A stretch of DNA of 64,000 bases from Azolla caroliniana. Its lineage: Eukaryota; Plantae; Polypodiophyta. The stretch spans positions 21,700,001 to 21,764,000 of the forward strand of contig JBHGNT010000007.1 in NCBI GenBank assembly GCA_043228905.1, given 5' to 3'. Every line of letters begins with the position of its first letter. Within the stretch, counting starts at the first letter, position 1. Made by a program: the position numbers and the translations under genes. Positions 38,242 to 54,156 of this stretch are shown here, piece after piece. Below the pieces are notes generated by a model that was given only the letters and a program-made list of their open reading frames with translations, had not been told where the DNA came from and ran no database searches.

Positions 38242-39499
38242 AGTAGAGGGAAAAGGGTAGGAGGATGAGGGAGAACGACAAGTAGGCTGGAGGAAAGAAA
38301 AAATTGGTTCAAATTGTCAGGAATAGTACTAAAGCAGAGATGGAATTAGTACTAAGAAGAGCAGTACTATTAGTACTAAGAGGACGGGACTGCGTAAGAT
38401 TCCCAAGAGAGAGGAAGTGAGAAGAGGAGAGAGAGAGAGAGAGAGATAGCGAAGATGAGAGAGAGAGAAAGATGATGACAACAGCTAATATATTATGTGA
38501 AAAAGATAAGTACAAGCGGCTAAGAGGCTTAAGATTGGTGTTGAACCAATTTGGTTCAACATAATGCCTAGTGCCTTCTTTTATAGTGTTGTCAGGAGTA
38601 ATCCTGAAACTTCTAGAATGTTCTAGAGAAATCTGGAATATACATTACTTTCTTATAATAAAACATAAATGAAAATAATATCCTATGAATTACAATAGAT
38701 GGTGTGATGGTTAAGAGCTTGACCCATATACCATAAGGTCATGGATTTGAGTCTTGCCATATCATGACAACGAATGCATTGTCTCACTCTCTTGTTTCCA
38801 TTCCATTTAATCATATCGGGGCCAACTTCTTCTCTTTAGTCTATACTAATACATGCCTCAACCAAATTGAAGTAAATACCCTAACCTATCAATCCCATGG
38901 TTTCATTTTTATATTTCTTCATAGTTTCAACTAACAAACTCATGATGTTTATCTTACCATTCATTTGTTTACCTATCCACTGATTTGGAAGGCATAAGTG
39001 TTAAATAGTCTAGTATGAAGTGAGCTTAAGGACGATGAAATACCATAAGTGTTAAATATTGCATGCATTTTTTTTTCCCAAAAAAAACAATATTTCGCAT
39101 TAGTTAGCAAACAAAGTACATCAAAGACCAACAAATTTCAGCAAAACTCACTCTGGCCTTCTCACCAAAGTGATCATAGTCCCCACCGCCTCATTTACAA
39201 CAAAAGTATCCCATCAACTCTTTTAACATGGCAATTAACTTGTAACACAGCTATACATATTTGGAAGCCATTGGTGGAAACAACCATTTGGTACTTGGTA
39301 GTTCCATTTATTGCATGCATATTAGTCATGTACAAACAAATAACACCACAACGACATAAATGAGGAGAGAAAGATTATCTACACAACGGCCGTAGAGTGA
39401 TTGTGGCACAAGTGCTTTAAAGCAAACATATACAGTTTCAATTAAGTGGCTTAAAATGGAAAACCAAACTCGGATCTCTAACTAAGTTTCCTTTAATAG

Positions 39500-41400
39500 A
39501 GTACATTGCTAGCCCTATCAATTAATGTGAGTAATGCATTAACTTCTTCATCACACTCATGGTTGATAGAGGATCGACTGGTCTTTATTCACACCAACAC
39601 TGTCCATTGAGAACCTTTATCCACACTATCGCATCACCTAATATCTTAAACTTTGCTTCATCTTTTATTCAACCACTCTCACAATATTCATTTTTTCCAA
39701 ATTGTTGCATCATCAACTTGCTCATTACTACCTCAGCCAACCTTATTTTCATTCATTTGTTAGTATTCTTCCACTTGGATATGTTGCATAGATTCTTTAT
39801 TTGCTATAGTCCTAAGGCGTTCGTAAAATTATCCTCATAATTTCCTTTGTATTTCTAACCTAATATAAGTCATGATTTTCAAGAAGCTTTGTCCCTTGGC
39901 CAAACTTGATGCAAAATCTACTTGTGCCCTATTGGTACCTTTGAATATGTATCCCCATTGTCAATTATTACTCTCTAAATCCATTATGAGCTTTGCTAAA
40001 ATTCCCACTATATAGATTTGGGTTGGTTTTCTACGACATTGATATAATATGTAGACTCTTAATGAGTGTAATGCAAAACCAAAAAAATTATTTTCATTAA
40101 ATCATAGTAATTTTGGACAATTAAGTAACAATATAAGTAAATACCTACCAATGTAAACATTCTAATAGGTCACTCAAACTTCTAAAATATGATTATTGAA
40201 ATCCATGTACAAGTCTGTTCTCAAACATGGCAATACTTCTCCCAATCACCCAAGACGATTGTCACTTCTTTGTTTTAGTTGACTTCACAAATCTTTGAAA
40301 GTTTATGATCCTAGATCATTGTTTTGGCTTCACTCACACACCTCATATTTATAAAGGTTGTTGTCACTTGCCTTTTATACTTCATCTTATTTTCTTCATG
40401 GTTTTAACTTTGATCAAATGCTAGTTGTAAGAAACGTCCACGACAAATGTGTCATAGTCAATTTAGATTTGTTGTGATGCTATGTTTCATTGAATCTAAA
40501 TAGCATGAGAATGGTTGCTTGTGGAAGACGACAAATACCCAATCCACATTATATCAGTGTAAAGAAAAGTTTCATTATCATTATTACTCCTATATTTCTT
40601 TGTTTCTATGCACCATTGTGATTGTTGTACCCTACCCAATTGAGTTAATGATGACGTTTCTTTTTTCATTTACTGAGACCTTACACTCTTGGCAAGAAAA
40701 TAATTTTTGAAGCCTTTGCAAAACTCCCTAAAGTGAAAATACGCCAATGCTCAACATATATAAACAATGTTTTTTGCAACGTGTCCTAGCCATCTTGGCA
40801 TATGGAGGACCTCTTTTTAAGTCTATTCACAAATATAATTTTATTGCACTATGCTTGAACTTCCCATGATTAAGTTCTTCCACACATTTTAAATCAATGG
40901 ATAAAGTCCTATGATAAAATTTTTGAATCTATTGGTCGTCAATGGCAAGAGATACATGGTTCATAGTTTCCTTTTGCTCGGTAAAAATTTGTCATTATGA
41001 TATTCACATCATTGAGTGAAACTAACCTTGTGTCACCATAACAAGGTTTTGTTTCAATTTGATAGACAAATTACTTTTTCGGCTAGGGTTTACAAACAAG
41101 AAATTGCCACCTACAAAGAAGAGTTGTCTCGCGAGAAACAACGTTTTATGCTTGTTTCTCAAAAGGCACTTGAAGTTGCTTGCCCTTGTCATTGATATTT
41201 TCGTTGATCAACTAGCCCTTAGAGCCAATCCTTCTTGACATTAATGGGGGATTTCGGACATTGTTATTTGGGGAAACATTTGTCACCCTTTGAGTTTGTT
41301 TTCTCTCAAGGCTTCACTCCCCCTATTGCAAGGTAGTGAGAGTTTATGGTAGAAATGGAGTATGAGAAATAGGATCTTGTTTGATAGTATCCATGGATTA
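39500..41400 (+). pseudogene. Very decayed Gypsy pol-like relic
   Basis: Faint protease-like (VDRGSTG) and RT/RNase H-like traces in Gypsy order; no open frame. Confidence 0.3.
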
Positions 41401-43344
41401 TCGTAACGAATACATATATTGAAACACAAATGGATGTGTCAATTCTTACGACTAAGCTCTACAATATTGTCTTATATAGAGTTTGAACCCAATAATTTTT
41501 AGATTAATAGCATTCTAGGTTACCACCAAACTAATATATAGCGTGAAAGCTGAAAAGTGGCTCTTAAAGTTCAAGAACCATTGTAAATATTATTGCCCTT
41601 GTGGGGTCACAACCCTTTATCCATTATTGTTAAGAATTTAGCTTTATGCATTTCAAGAGGAAAAATGACACTTTAGTTAATAGGATAAATGACATCCATG
41701 TTTCATTATTGCACTACAACTACTATTGAATGGATTATGACAAATGGAAATCGTGGTGATCATTGGCATATTTGGTGGGAGCATTGCTATTGTGATATTT
41801 TAAACAAGATAAGACATGTTTAGGGTTCATGTTGTTCGTTTGAGTAACAACAAGAAATGTTGATATTGTAAAGTTGGATCTCATTTATCATTAAGAAGTA
41901 AACTTGATTTGTGTCCCATAACATAGATAAAAGATTATGGTGATCGTTTGAGAAATGTGCGTATGTCTGATGCATATATTTACCACCAATGCTAGGATTT
42001 GAAATGCCACTTACAATTTCATGCAATATGTATTTTTTAAATGTGTCTCGATCCTATTGGAATGGTGAATTTCTAATTTGGTGGCTCATTGACATTCTAA
42101 ATATTTTGTTAATATTGTCTCAAATCAAAATATAATACATTTTCATAAGTCCACATAATATTATGGGAAGATGACATGTTTATACATACGAGATGACATA
42201 TTCATTTATTAACATTATTTTATCATAAGTTATCCAAATATTCTATTCCTCATTAGTTTTAAAATTAGATGAGATTATGTTTTCAGTTTGTTGCATTGTC
42301 GAAAATGTTACAATGTCAAATGTTGCATTGCCATTTCTTTTGGAGCAAATCAATAACAAGTCATGATTTCATGCATAGTTGTTGAAGGCAATATTCTAAG
42401 CTTGGGTCTTGTCCACTTTGCTAACATGGCCTTTCTTTTTCGATAGTTGAATAATGGAAAACATTTCCATACAATGCCAACGTTGAAAACGCATTTATAT
42501 ATATGGGCCAAGTAATCGGAAATAGTGAGGAGGTTTGTGATGAGCGCAACATAATTGGAGATTCGAACCCACAACACGGGTGTTACGAAAGCATAGGGCT
42601 TGCGAGAACACTACAATCTTAGTTTAATCATGATAGGTTTATGAACAGGCTTGGGTCCCTTAGGGGTGTTTTAAGCGTTTACGGGAGAACAAGATAAAGG
42701 CAAATGTGTTTTCCTGTTGTGGTTTAGAATGTAACAATTGCTTGTGTTGGTGAGCAAGAACTTGATCTTGAAACTTGGCAAACAGAGTCTACGAAAACCC
42801 AGTTAGAGCTTGTTAGCTATGTATTATAATTTAAGCATAAAATAAGGAAATAAATAAGATAATAAAGAAACAGAGATAGAAAGAAGGATATCAATGATCC
42901 CCGAGCAAATGGATCAAGACAGACTCGAGCCTTAAACAATGTTCTATACCACAACTATGGCGTCGAGTTGTACGTGATACTGGCATGTGCTCGCCACAAG
43001 AGTCCATTCACCACAAAGATCACAGTCTCGATGTAGTAAAACAATGTATCTAATGAGGATAACTATGCCTCATATTTATAGCCAGATCGAAGGCCCCCAA
43101 TCAAGTTCACAATTGGCTCTTAAGGGTTGTTTCGATCCCTAGGATTAAAAGTAACCCCCCCGCACCCATTCTTTACACTCTCAATTAACCCTAACACTCT
43201 TATCCTTGTGTACAGAATACTACGCTACAAACTACCACGGGATAAATTATGGTTATGCATGTAACAGAACCTATTCTCAAGGCGAAGAGCGAATGATATG
43301 CCAATATTTGCGCATATGAACACGACCTTATGGGAAGTGCTGGC

Positions 43345-43650
43345 TTGGACCAACGAGGAGCCGCCACATGTCACTCGTGCGTCCGCTTTCGCGTGCCCGT
43401 GTCGCTTGTGGGTCGGTTTTTTCGTGCACACGTGTGAATAGCTGGACCTATGAGAAGCTGCCACATGTCGCTTGTGTAGCTCATGAACTCCCTGGACCAA
43501 TGAGGAGCCGCCACGTGTACTAATGGAAGCCTCCACGTGTCAAGGGGGAGTACATATGTGCCACGCGTGTGAACATGACCTTCTCAGAGTACGTGGCAGG
43601 GCCAATGAGGAGACGCCACGTGTCTCTCGGATTTTCCCTTCCTTATAACT
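43345..43650 (+). promoter_or_regulatory. MRC-like gene promoter with repeated CCAAT-N9-CCACG / G-box modules and a TATA-like element
   Basis: Exact CCAAT-N9-CCACG at 43497-43515 and 43602-43620, degenerate copies at 43350 and ~43447, several CACGTG/ACGTGGC, and TTATAA near 43643. Confidence 0.6.
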
Positions 43651-43773
43651 CTTCCTGTTCTTCTTCTTCTTCTTCTTCTTCTTCTTCCTCTGCCTCTGCC
43701 TCTGCTTCTGCTTCTGCTTCTGCTTCTGATTCTATCGAGGATGAAGTTGTGAATCGATCCCTCTTGGGCCTCC

Positions 43774-47022
<3,249 letters not shown>

Positions 47023-48626
47023 TTACTCCTCTTCAGCTTGCTTTCTACTTGTATGATCATATTTTATATGACATCTCTTGTTTTCGGATACCTAATGCCA
47101 GACATTACACACACATACACATGCAAATACACATTCTGGGCATACACATACAAATACACATTCTGCATGGGCATACACATGCCCATACACATGTTGCACG
47201 TACACATACACGTACACAAAGACACACACATATGCACTCACATACGTGCTTACTCACAATGTGATCAAAGAAATTTTTGTATATCATCTGCAAAGAGATT
47301 ATATAGCATACTTGTGCTGAAGTTACACAACAATATCAACATCATGTTCGTGTATCCTTGACTGTCGTGTAGATATCAATATTACAGTCAAGAGTTTACA
47401 CTTGAACCTATGTGTAACCCAATGTATTTTATGCAAAGCTTGATCCATGTGTACAACTGACAAGCTCAATCCACATGTATTACCTCTGCCTTTTTGAAAC
47501 TCGATCAATGTTTTCCACTGGAGGTTGTATAATCTGCCCTTTATAAAGCTGTCTATCTGTATTTGGTTGCTTGTGGTGATGGGGGAAATGGAAAGGTCTT
47601 TGAAATTAGAACAAACAATCAATATGGAAGTGCTATGCTGATTTTTTTATAACTTATGTTTGACCAATCCATTGATAGACATGATGGTGGCAACTCAGTA
47701 AATTGGATTACAAGGTTTTCATAATATAATGTGGAAGACTATGTGGTGCTGGAGTTTCTTCTCCAACCTATCAATTCATTGTTATTGGCTTGTTATTGGC
47801 AATCCAGGCTAAAAGTTTTCAATAACTTTGTCAATTTATTCAATTAAAAGGCCAAAAATTTCATTGTATACAATACACATACTACATTTTGGAAGCATTT
47901 CTTGTTAGCAATAGTGAGAGTTAACATGTCTTGTTGCATTTGGTCTGAATCTAACACATGGTTCATTGGTAGAATGTTCATGACATTTTAAGTTCCTCTA
48001 GCTGGAATAGGTTTGCATGGTTCATACTATCAAGTCATTGATGTGATGGTCTTTGTTGCACATTGTGAACCTAGCCTTAACCTCACTTGTCCAAATGTGT
48101 GTTATACAATTGATATTGTGCTTCTACTTTGTGTCATTCTATCATATGTGAATCTAGACTAGAATCTCCCAACTTCATACTTTTAGAATCTCAAATTTCA
48201 TATTAGCATCTAATAGGAATTGGCAATGGATAAACTAGAGTTGAACCAATGGCTTGATATTGTACCTCTACTACGAAATGGCGTAACACTTTACCAATTT
48301 GGTTTGGTTTTTGGTTTAGGTTTGAAATCATGGTTTGATTTGGCTTGGGGGTTTAAGGCTTTGATTTGAGCCCTTGTTAGATTCAACAGTTTGCAGTTTA
48401 TCCTACATCAAACCACCACTTAAATGGATTAACGTTTTGGGGGAACATTTATAAAATGTTGATTAAATATGTGATTTAACTTTATAAATTATGTGGTGTT
48501 TATTATGAAATTTTAACTTGAACCTTAACCATTCTTTTAATTTTTTTGCCTTTTGATCTTTAAATAAAATAACCCTTTTAACAAACTGGTTTGACCCAAA
48601 ACAGTGACACTACAACCATTTGGGTT

Positions 48627-48893
48627 CATAGTACATAAAATTCGTGTTCGTCTAGCATAACATTCGTTTCCTTACGTTGGAAAATGAATGCGAATGTTAT
48701 TCAAACATTCTTGCGTTTTTTTTTCCCTATTTTTTTAATATTTCTTTTCCATTTTTTAGGCTTATTTACCTCATAATAAATAGTTAATCCAAAAGTATGG
48801 TATTTATCATTCTTTGAGGGTGTTTTTCTTTCACGAGTGATTGAAACATTCACGAATGTGAATGTACGTATGGTACGTATGGTTCATACTATG
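48627..48893. mobile_element. Non-autonomous hAT-like element (MITE-sized)
   Basis: Termini CATAGTA...TACTATG flanked by an identical 8-bp direct repeat TTTGGGTT (48619-48626, 48894-48901). Confidence 0.7.
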
Positions 48894-49998
48894 TTTGGGT
48901 TTATAGATCTCTCAAACTGTTTGGTTTGAACATTTTGCTTTAAAAGGTTTTGTGGGTCCAACTGTTTGAACATCTAGTCATTAAAATTGTGATTTTGCAC
49001 AAGCCAAGAACAAAAAGTTTACTTGGAAGTGTCATATTGCTAGTTCACATAGTGATGTCAAAGAAGCTTCCACTTGAAGTAATCATACAAAGATTACTAA
49101 CATCTTTAGCATAGAAATCAAGTTTGTTGAGACCAAAGAAACCGATTCAACTGCACACGGTCTTTTATAAAATTTCATTGAAACTTCCATTTTCCGGAAA
49201 TGGAAATGTATTGCAAGAAATAATGGAAATAAAAATAAATAAGAGTGGCATTGGATAACGTAATCGCTGCACCACATAAACCTAATCTTTAATGTTGGTA
49301 ATTGTTCCTTGATGATGATGATGGATGTCTGATTGTTCTTTTTGCCTTTTTCTCATGTTTTTGTGCTCCATACAACTTGTTAGGTATTTTGGAGGTCTAG
49401 CAAGCACCACACCAAGTTTCATCACATTCCATTACTTTCTACCCCCTGTTTCCCTTGGTACTAGCAGCCCATCCTCCATTTTGTGCACATGTTTTGCTTA
49501 GCCAAGGATGAATAAATATATACATATTTTTGGCTCATTATTAAGCTTTTAATTTAATCCTTGGAGGATCACAACATTGTTCATGGATACTTGAACACGA
49601 CCAAAATTACATGTTCTGTCTTCCTGGTTCGTCAATGCCTCATTCCATTACTTAATTCTTTATGACATGAATGTATTTGGATCAATATTCACGCTACTCA
49701 TTTATCATACTTGGTGGACAATGCTATCACATTTTCTTCCTTCTTATGAGAAGTTTTCTATACTATGAGAAATTTTAAGAAACTTTCTCAACCAGGGAAA
49801 ATTGTCTCTTTGCTCTACTTGGTACTATTTCTAAATTTGCAGCTTTCCACAAGAAATTTGGTCTCGGTGATATTGCCAAGAGTTCATGGTGTTGAGTCAT
49901 CTAGTCACTTTCAGACTGATTTTTGTAACTATGTTAACATCAAATCTTAGGTTCTCATCATATGAAAAGAATATTGAAGAATTTGTTTATGGGTTTAT

Positions 49999-52971
49999 TT
50001 AAATTGCTAAAGCATGATGCATGTTGGGTTGTTTCAGATTTGTTGATTGATGATGTACAATTTGTTCTACTGCATCCATGCAGTTGGCAACACAGTAGAT
50101 ATTTGAAAGCAACACATGAAGAGAGGCATCTCTAGGGTCGAGGTTCAATGCATTAGCGGCAACACGCTCTCCTCTTCCAACATCAACATCTGTCTTGCAA
50201 GCACCGAGTAAAGATGTCCAGGATATAGTTGTTGCTTTCAATGGCATCACTTTGATTAAGCTCTCGGCCTCATCTAGCTGTCCTGCCCTTGCGAGCATAT
50301 CCAACAAACAATTGTAATGGTCCAAAATTGGAGATGATTCACATTTCTCACTAATGGAAAGAAATGTATTATATCCTTCCTCTATTAAACCCGCATGATT
50401 ACATGCAGTCAACACACTGACAAATGTAAAACTGTCTGGTTTTAATTTGTTTTCCCACATTTGTTCGAGTAATAGCAATGCATCTTCCCCGTTCCCATTC
50501 AAGGAATAAGTTACCATCATAGCATTCCAAGCAACTATATTGTGTTCTGTTATATCCTCGAAAGATTTCCTCGCATCAACCAATGCACCGCATTTCCCAT
50601 ATAGATTAATAAGTGAATTCCTCACAACTTCATCACAATCAAAACCACTCACTATAAGCAAATTATGTACATGGTGGCCTTGAATTAAAGCAGCATGATT
50701 TGCACATGCAGATATTATGTTCAGGAAAGAGATGGTGTCTCTTTTGCGAATTCGTTTGAAGCTGAAGAGCGCATGATCAAAGCATCCACACTTACCGTAC
50801 ATATTCACAAGGGCATTTCCTAAGACAGTATCTGAACTATACAAAGAATCTAGTATACATGCGTGGACCTTTTTGCCAATAAATAGCATATCACTAGTAG
50901 AACATGCACATACTATCCCGATGATGGTAACTATATCTGGTATCAAACCTTCTTGCTGCATTTGCTGAAACAATGCAAAAGATTTTTGAGGCTGTCCATG
51001 TTGAGCATGTACTGAAATCATGGTTGTCCACGCAACTAAATCACATTCTTGCATCTGATCAAAGAAGTAACAAGCGTATTTTACACACCCACATTTTCCA
51101 TACATGTTAACCAACGCCGAAACTACAATAATGTCTGTCTCAATAACACTGGTAGCAAAGAGGGCATGCATCTCTTTGCCTTTGGCTAACGCACATTCAC
51201 TAGCACAAACATTAAGAAGGCTCGAAAAGGTGATCCTGTTTGGTATTACTCCTTCCTCCATCATTTGATTATAAAGCGAAAGGGCACGGTCATTTTCCCC
51301 ACAAGTTATGTAACCCGAAATTATAGTGTTCCATAGTACAATATCCTTATCCAATAAATTGTCGAATATCTTTTCGGCTTCTTCCAGATTACCGTAACTG
51401 GCATAAGTTCTCACCATAGCTGTTCCTACCATAAGATCCGCCTCAAAATCACTCCCTCGAATAAGACTGTGAATCCATTCACCCCCACCGATATTTTCAT
51501 CACTCGCACATGCATCCAAAAGGCTTACAAAAGTGGCTTTGTCTGGAGGGACATGATTCAATATCATGAGCTCAAATACTCCAAGAGCATCATTAGACAA
51601 TCCATGTTGGCCATATGTTGAAATCATAGCATTCCAAGCAATCACATCATGCTGTTTCATGATATTGAATACATTCCTTGCTTCATTCACTCTACCCCCA
51701 CCTTTGGAGTATGTGATTATCAAGACAGTACCCACAACTGCGTCAAGATCAAATCCGCAACATACAACATTGTGATGGAGCTCCTTTGCCAAATGGAATG
51801 TGTTCGCATTACAAGCAACAAGGAGAGTGACAAAAGTGACTTTATCCATAGAAATTCTCTCAGATTGCATCCGATCAAAAAGCAATAGGGCATCATCTTG
51901 TTGTCCAGCTTGTACATAAGCAGCCAGCATCGTATTCCATGAGATTGTATCATGATGAAGCATTCGATCAAAAACTAGCTTGGCATCATATACACTACCA
52001 CATTTGCTATACATATTGATCATGGCATTGGCTACTGATATATCTTCATGGAGTTTCCTTGCCAGAACCAAGCCATGGATATATTTCCCCTCCTCCAGCG
52101 ATGCTAAGCATCCACACGCCTCAAGAACGCTAAGGAATGTGACCTTGGAAGGAGTAATGTTAGCAAATCTTTGCATTTCTTGGAAATGTTCGAGTGCATT
52201 CTGATGCCATCCAGCTTCAACATATGCCGACAGCATAGCATTCCAAGCCACTACATCTCGGTTAACCAACTTTTCAAAGGTCGATAATGCATTGGTAATG
52301 CTCGAGCACTTACTATACATACTCAACAGAGCAGTTGCAACAAAAGTGTCTTTTTCTAAGCCAGAGGCATATATGTGTGTATGAATATGTTTTGCATCCT
52401 CTAGAGCTTCTTTGTTGGAGAAAGAAGATAGAATTGCAATCGATAGAAACTTATTGAGAAATACTCCTTCCACGTGCATTTGGTTGAAATGCCTGAGAGA
52501 CCATTCTTGACTATAAACATGAGCTTTGATGATGTATGTCCACCCGATTGCGTCGTGAGAGAGCATCCTATGGAAGCAAGACAAAGCTTCTCGTGATGCT
52601 CCACAGCCCGAATACATTTGCAAGATGGAAATCTCAAAGGGAGAAGAACTAAGGCCTCTTCTTCGACCACATTCTCTTTCACTTTCAAGTCCATGTTTGA
52701 CGATGTGTTCATGAATGAACAAGGCATCACGGAGAGAATTTGCATTTCCGATTGCCTCTGTAATGCCGGGAGAAGAAATAGAAGTGGGTTCATGAGCTCT
52801 GGCTATGGCGATGGTGTTCTGGTATAATAATGCCCTACATGCTCTCATATCACTGAGCTCTTCTCTTGTGTGACCATACCAACAGAAAAGTAAGAAGACA
52901 TAGAAAATGTGTTCTTCTTGATACCTTCCCAAGCTTTGGTATAAATACACATATGGTGTACAATGTAACAT
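49999..52971 (-). CDS. Intronless PLS-class PPR protein ending in the E region (no DYW); the true start may be the Met at ~52848
   Basis: 990-aa ORF with many P-L-S triplets and HYNCLLDMLARAG...WTSLLGACK...LHVLLSNIY. Confidence 0.92.
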   Translation of the reverse strand: MLHCTPYVYLYQSLGRYQEEHIFYVFLLFCWYGHTREELSDMRACRALLYQNTIAIARAHEPTSISSPGITEAIGNANSLRDALFIHEHIVKHGLESERECGRRRGLSSSPFEISILQMYSGCGASREALSCFHRMLSHDAIGWTYIIKAHVYSQEWSLRHFNQMHVEGVFLNKFLSIAILSSFSNKEALEDAKHIHTHIYASGLEKDTFVATALLSMYSKCSSITNALSTFEKLVNRDVVAWNAMLSAYVEAGWHQNALEHFQEMQRFANITPSKVTFLSVLEACGCLASLEEGKYIHGLVLARKLHEDISVANAMINMYSKCGSVYDAKLVFDRMLHHDTISWNTMLAAYVQAGQQDDALLLFDRMQSERISMDKVTFVTLLVACNANTFHLAKELHHNVVCCGFDLDAVVGTVLIITYSKGGGRVNEARNVFNIMKQHDVIAWNAMISTYGQHGLSNDALGVFELMILNHVPPDKATFVSLLDACASDENIGGGEWIHSLIRGSDFEADLMVGTAMVRTYASYGNLEEAEKIFDNLLDKDIVLWNTIISGYITCGENDRALSLYNQMMEEGVIPNRITFSSLLNVCASECALAKGKEMHALFATSVIETDIIVVSALVNMYGKCGCVKYACYFFDQMQECDLVAWTTMISVHAQHGQPQKSFALFQQMQQEGLIPDIVTIIGIVCACSTSDMLFIGKKVHACILDSLYSSDTVLGNALVNMYGKCGCFDHALFSFKRIRKRDTISFLNIISACANHAALIQGHHVHNLLIVSGFDCDEVVRNSLINLYGKCGALVDARKSFEDITEHNIVAWNAMMVTYSLNGNGEDALLLLEQMWENKLKPDSFTFVSVLTACNHAGLIEEGYNTFLSISEKCESSPILDHYNCLLDMLARAGQLDEAESLIKVMPLKATTISWTSLLGACKTDVDVGRGERVAANALNLDPRDASLHVLLSNIYCVANCMDAVEQIVHHQSTNLKQPNMHHALAI

Positions 52972-54058
52972 ACAAGATGTATCTCATCATGTACATGGAA
53001 ACAATCTTCATGTATCTCGTGACTAGTATCTAGGTACATGATTCATGATACAATCAATCTATTTGATACTTCCGAACTCCCAAGAATACATGTTTGAAAT
53101 TCATTAATATGATGCATAACAAGATATGTGTGGCATGGATCAAGATGGTCTTGGTTATGCATAAAAAGGAAATGCTATGAGCATAAATGTAACCGATATT
53201 ATGGAATCAAAAGCATGACTAGATCAGAGAGGGACATTGGGGAGTGGGTAGCCCATGGTTGAAAGCAATTTGGCTAGCAATGGTTTTGATTATCAATTGG
53301 CCCACAAAAAGGGGTAGTTCCTCTTGTGCAAGGTCTTCACTCTCCTATTGAAAAGTAATATTGTGTCTTGCCTTGGGTTTGTGCTTGATGTAGGTGATTG
53401 CATCCATCTATTCAATCAACTGAGCAAACTTCGTCTTGGGAGTATTCACATGGAAGTAGAGTATTTATTCGTTCATTTCTCTTGTTGGGATTTGCTAATT
53501 ATAGCTTAATTAAATTTGCAATTCCATTTTTTATGGGAACCTTGATTTTTATAACATTTGATCACAATGTTAAGAATGGTATTATTTTTGAGTTATGGAA
53601 ATTAGAGGTTTTTTTAACATCCTTCCTAGATTTATTGGCGTATATGAATATCGAAGTAATATGCGGGTGCATGTGTTAGACTCTCAAATTACCTACATGC
53701 TAAGTTACCTGAATTATTCTTGTCTACATTTTACTTTTGATTGCTCAGCAAATTGCGAATTCCAAGTTTATTTAATCTTTTAAAGCTAAAAAATGATGTA
53801 TATGTTGGAGTAACAGATCCACCCTGTGCCTTAAAACAAATAAACTAGGTATGTATGAATGGTGGTCATAGTTTAGATTCAATGCATTTGCATTGTTTTT
53901 CTGCATAAACCTAGCATTTAGGATACCCTGCTGTGTAGCTAGTTGGGATGTGAAGTTGTTTTCCATCAGAACATTAACTTGCGGTTTTCTTGGGAAGAAA
54001 ATAAGTATCCTCTCAGCATTAATTTTTACTCAATTACTCAAGCATATATATATATATA

Positions 54059-54156
54059 GGGAATTGGTAAATTCACAGTTTTTTCTGTATTTTCACAGTT
54101 TACCAATTTACCAGTTTACCACTGTATTGGAAAAAACTGTGAATTTACCAATTTCC
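54059..54156. mobile_element. 98-bp foldback MITE-like element inside a (TA)n tract
   Basis: GGGAATTGGTAAATTCACAGTTTTTTC ... GAAAAAACTGTGAATTTACCAATTTCC inverted repeats, with (TA)n on both sides. Confidence 0.75.

Larger units (their letters stand above)
32989..38769 (-). mobile_element. Full-length Ty3/Gypsy chromovirus (Tcn1/sushi-like), defective
   Basis: LTRs 38315-38769 (5') and 32989-33445 (3'), TG...CA. Perfect TSD ACGAA. PPT TTAAGGGGGAGATAG. Domain order gag-PR-RT-RH-IN-chromodomain. Confidence 0.96.

Noticed and set aside
42580-43210. Possible solo LTR
   Set aside because: LTR-like composition, but no termini, TSD or second copy could be established.
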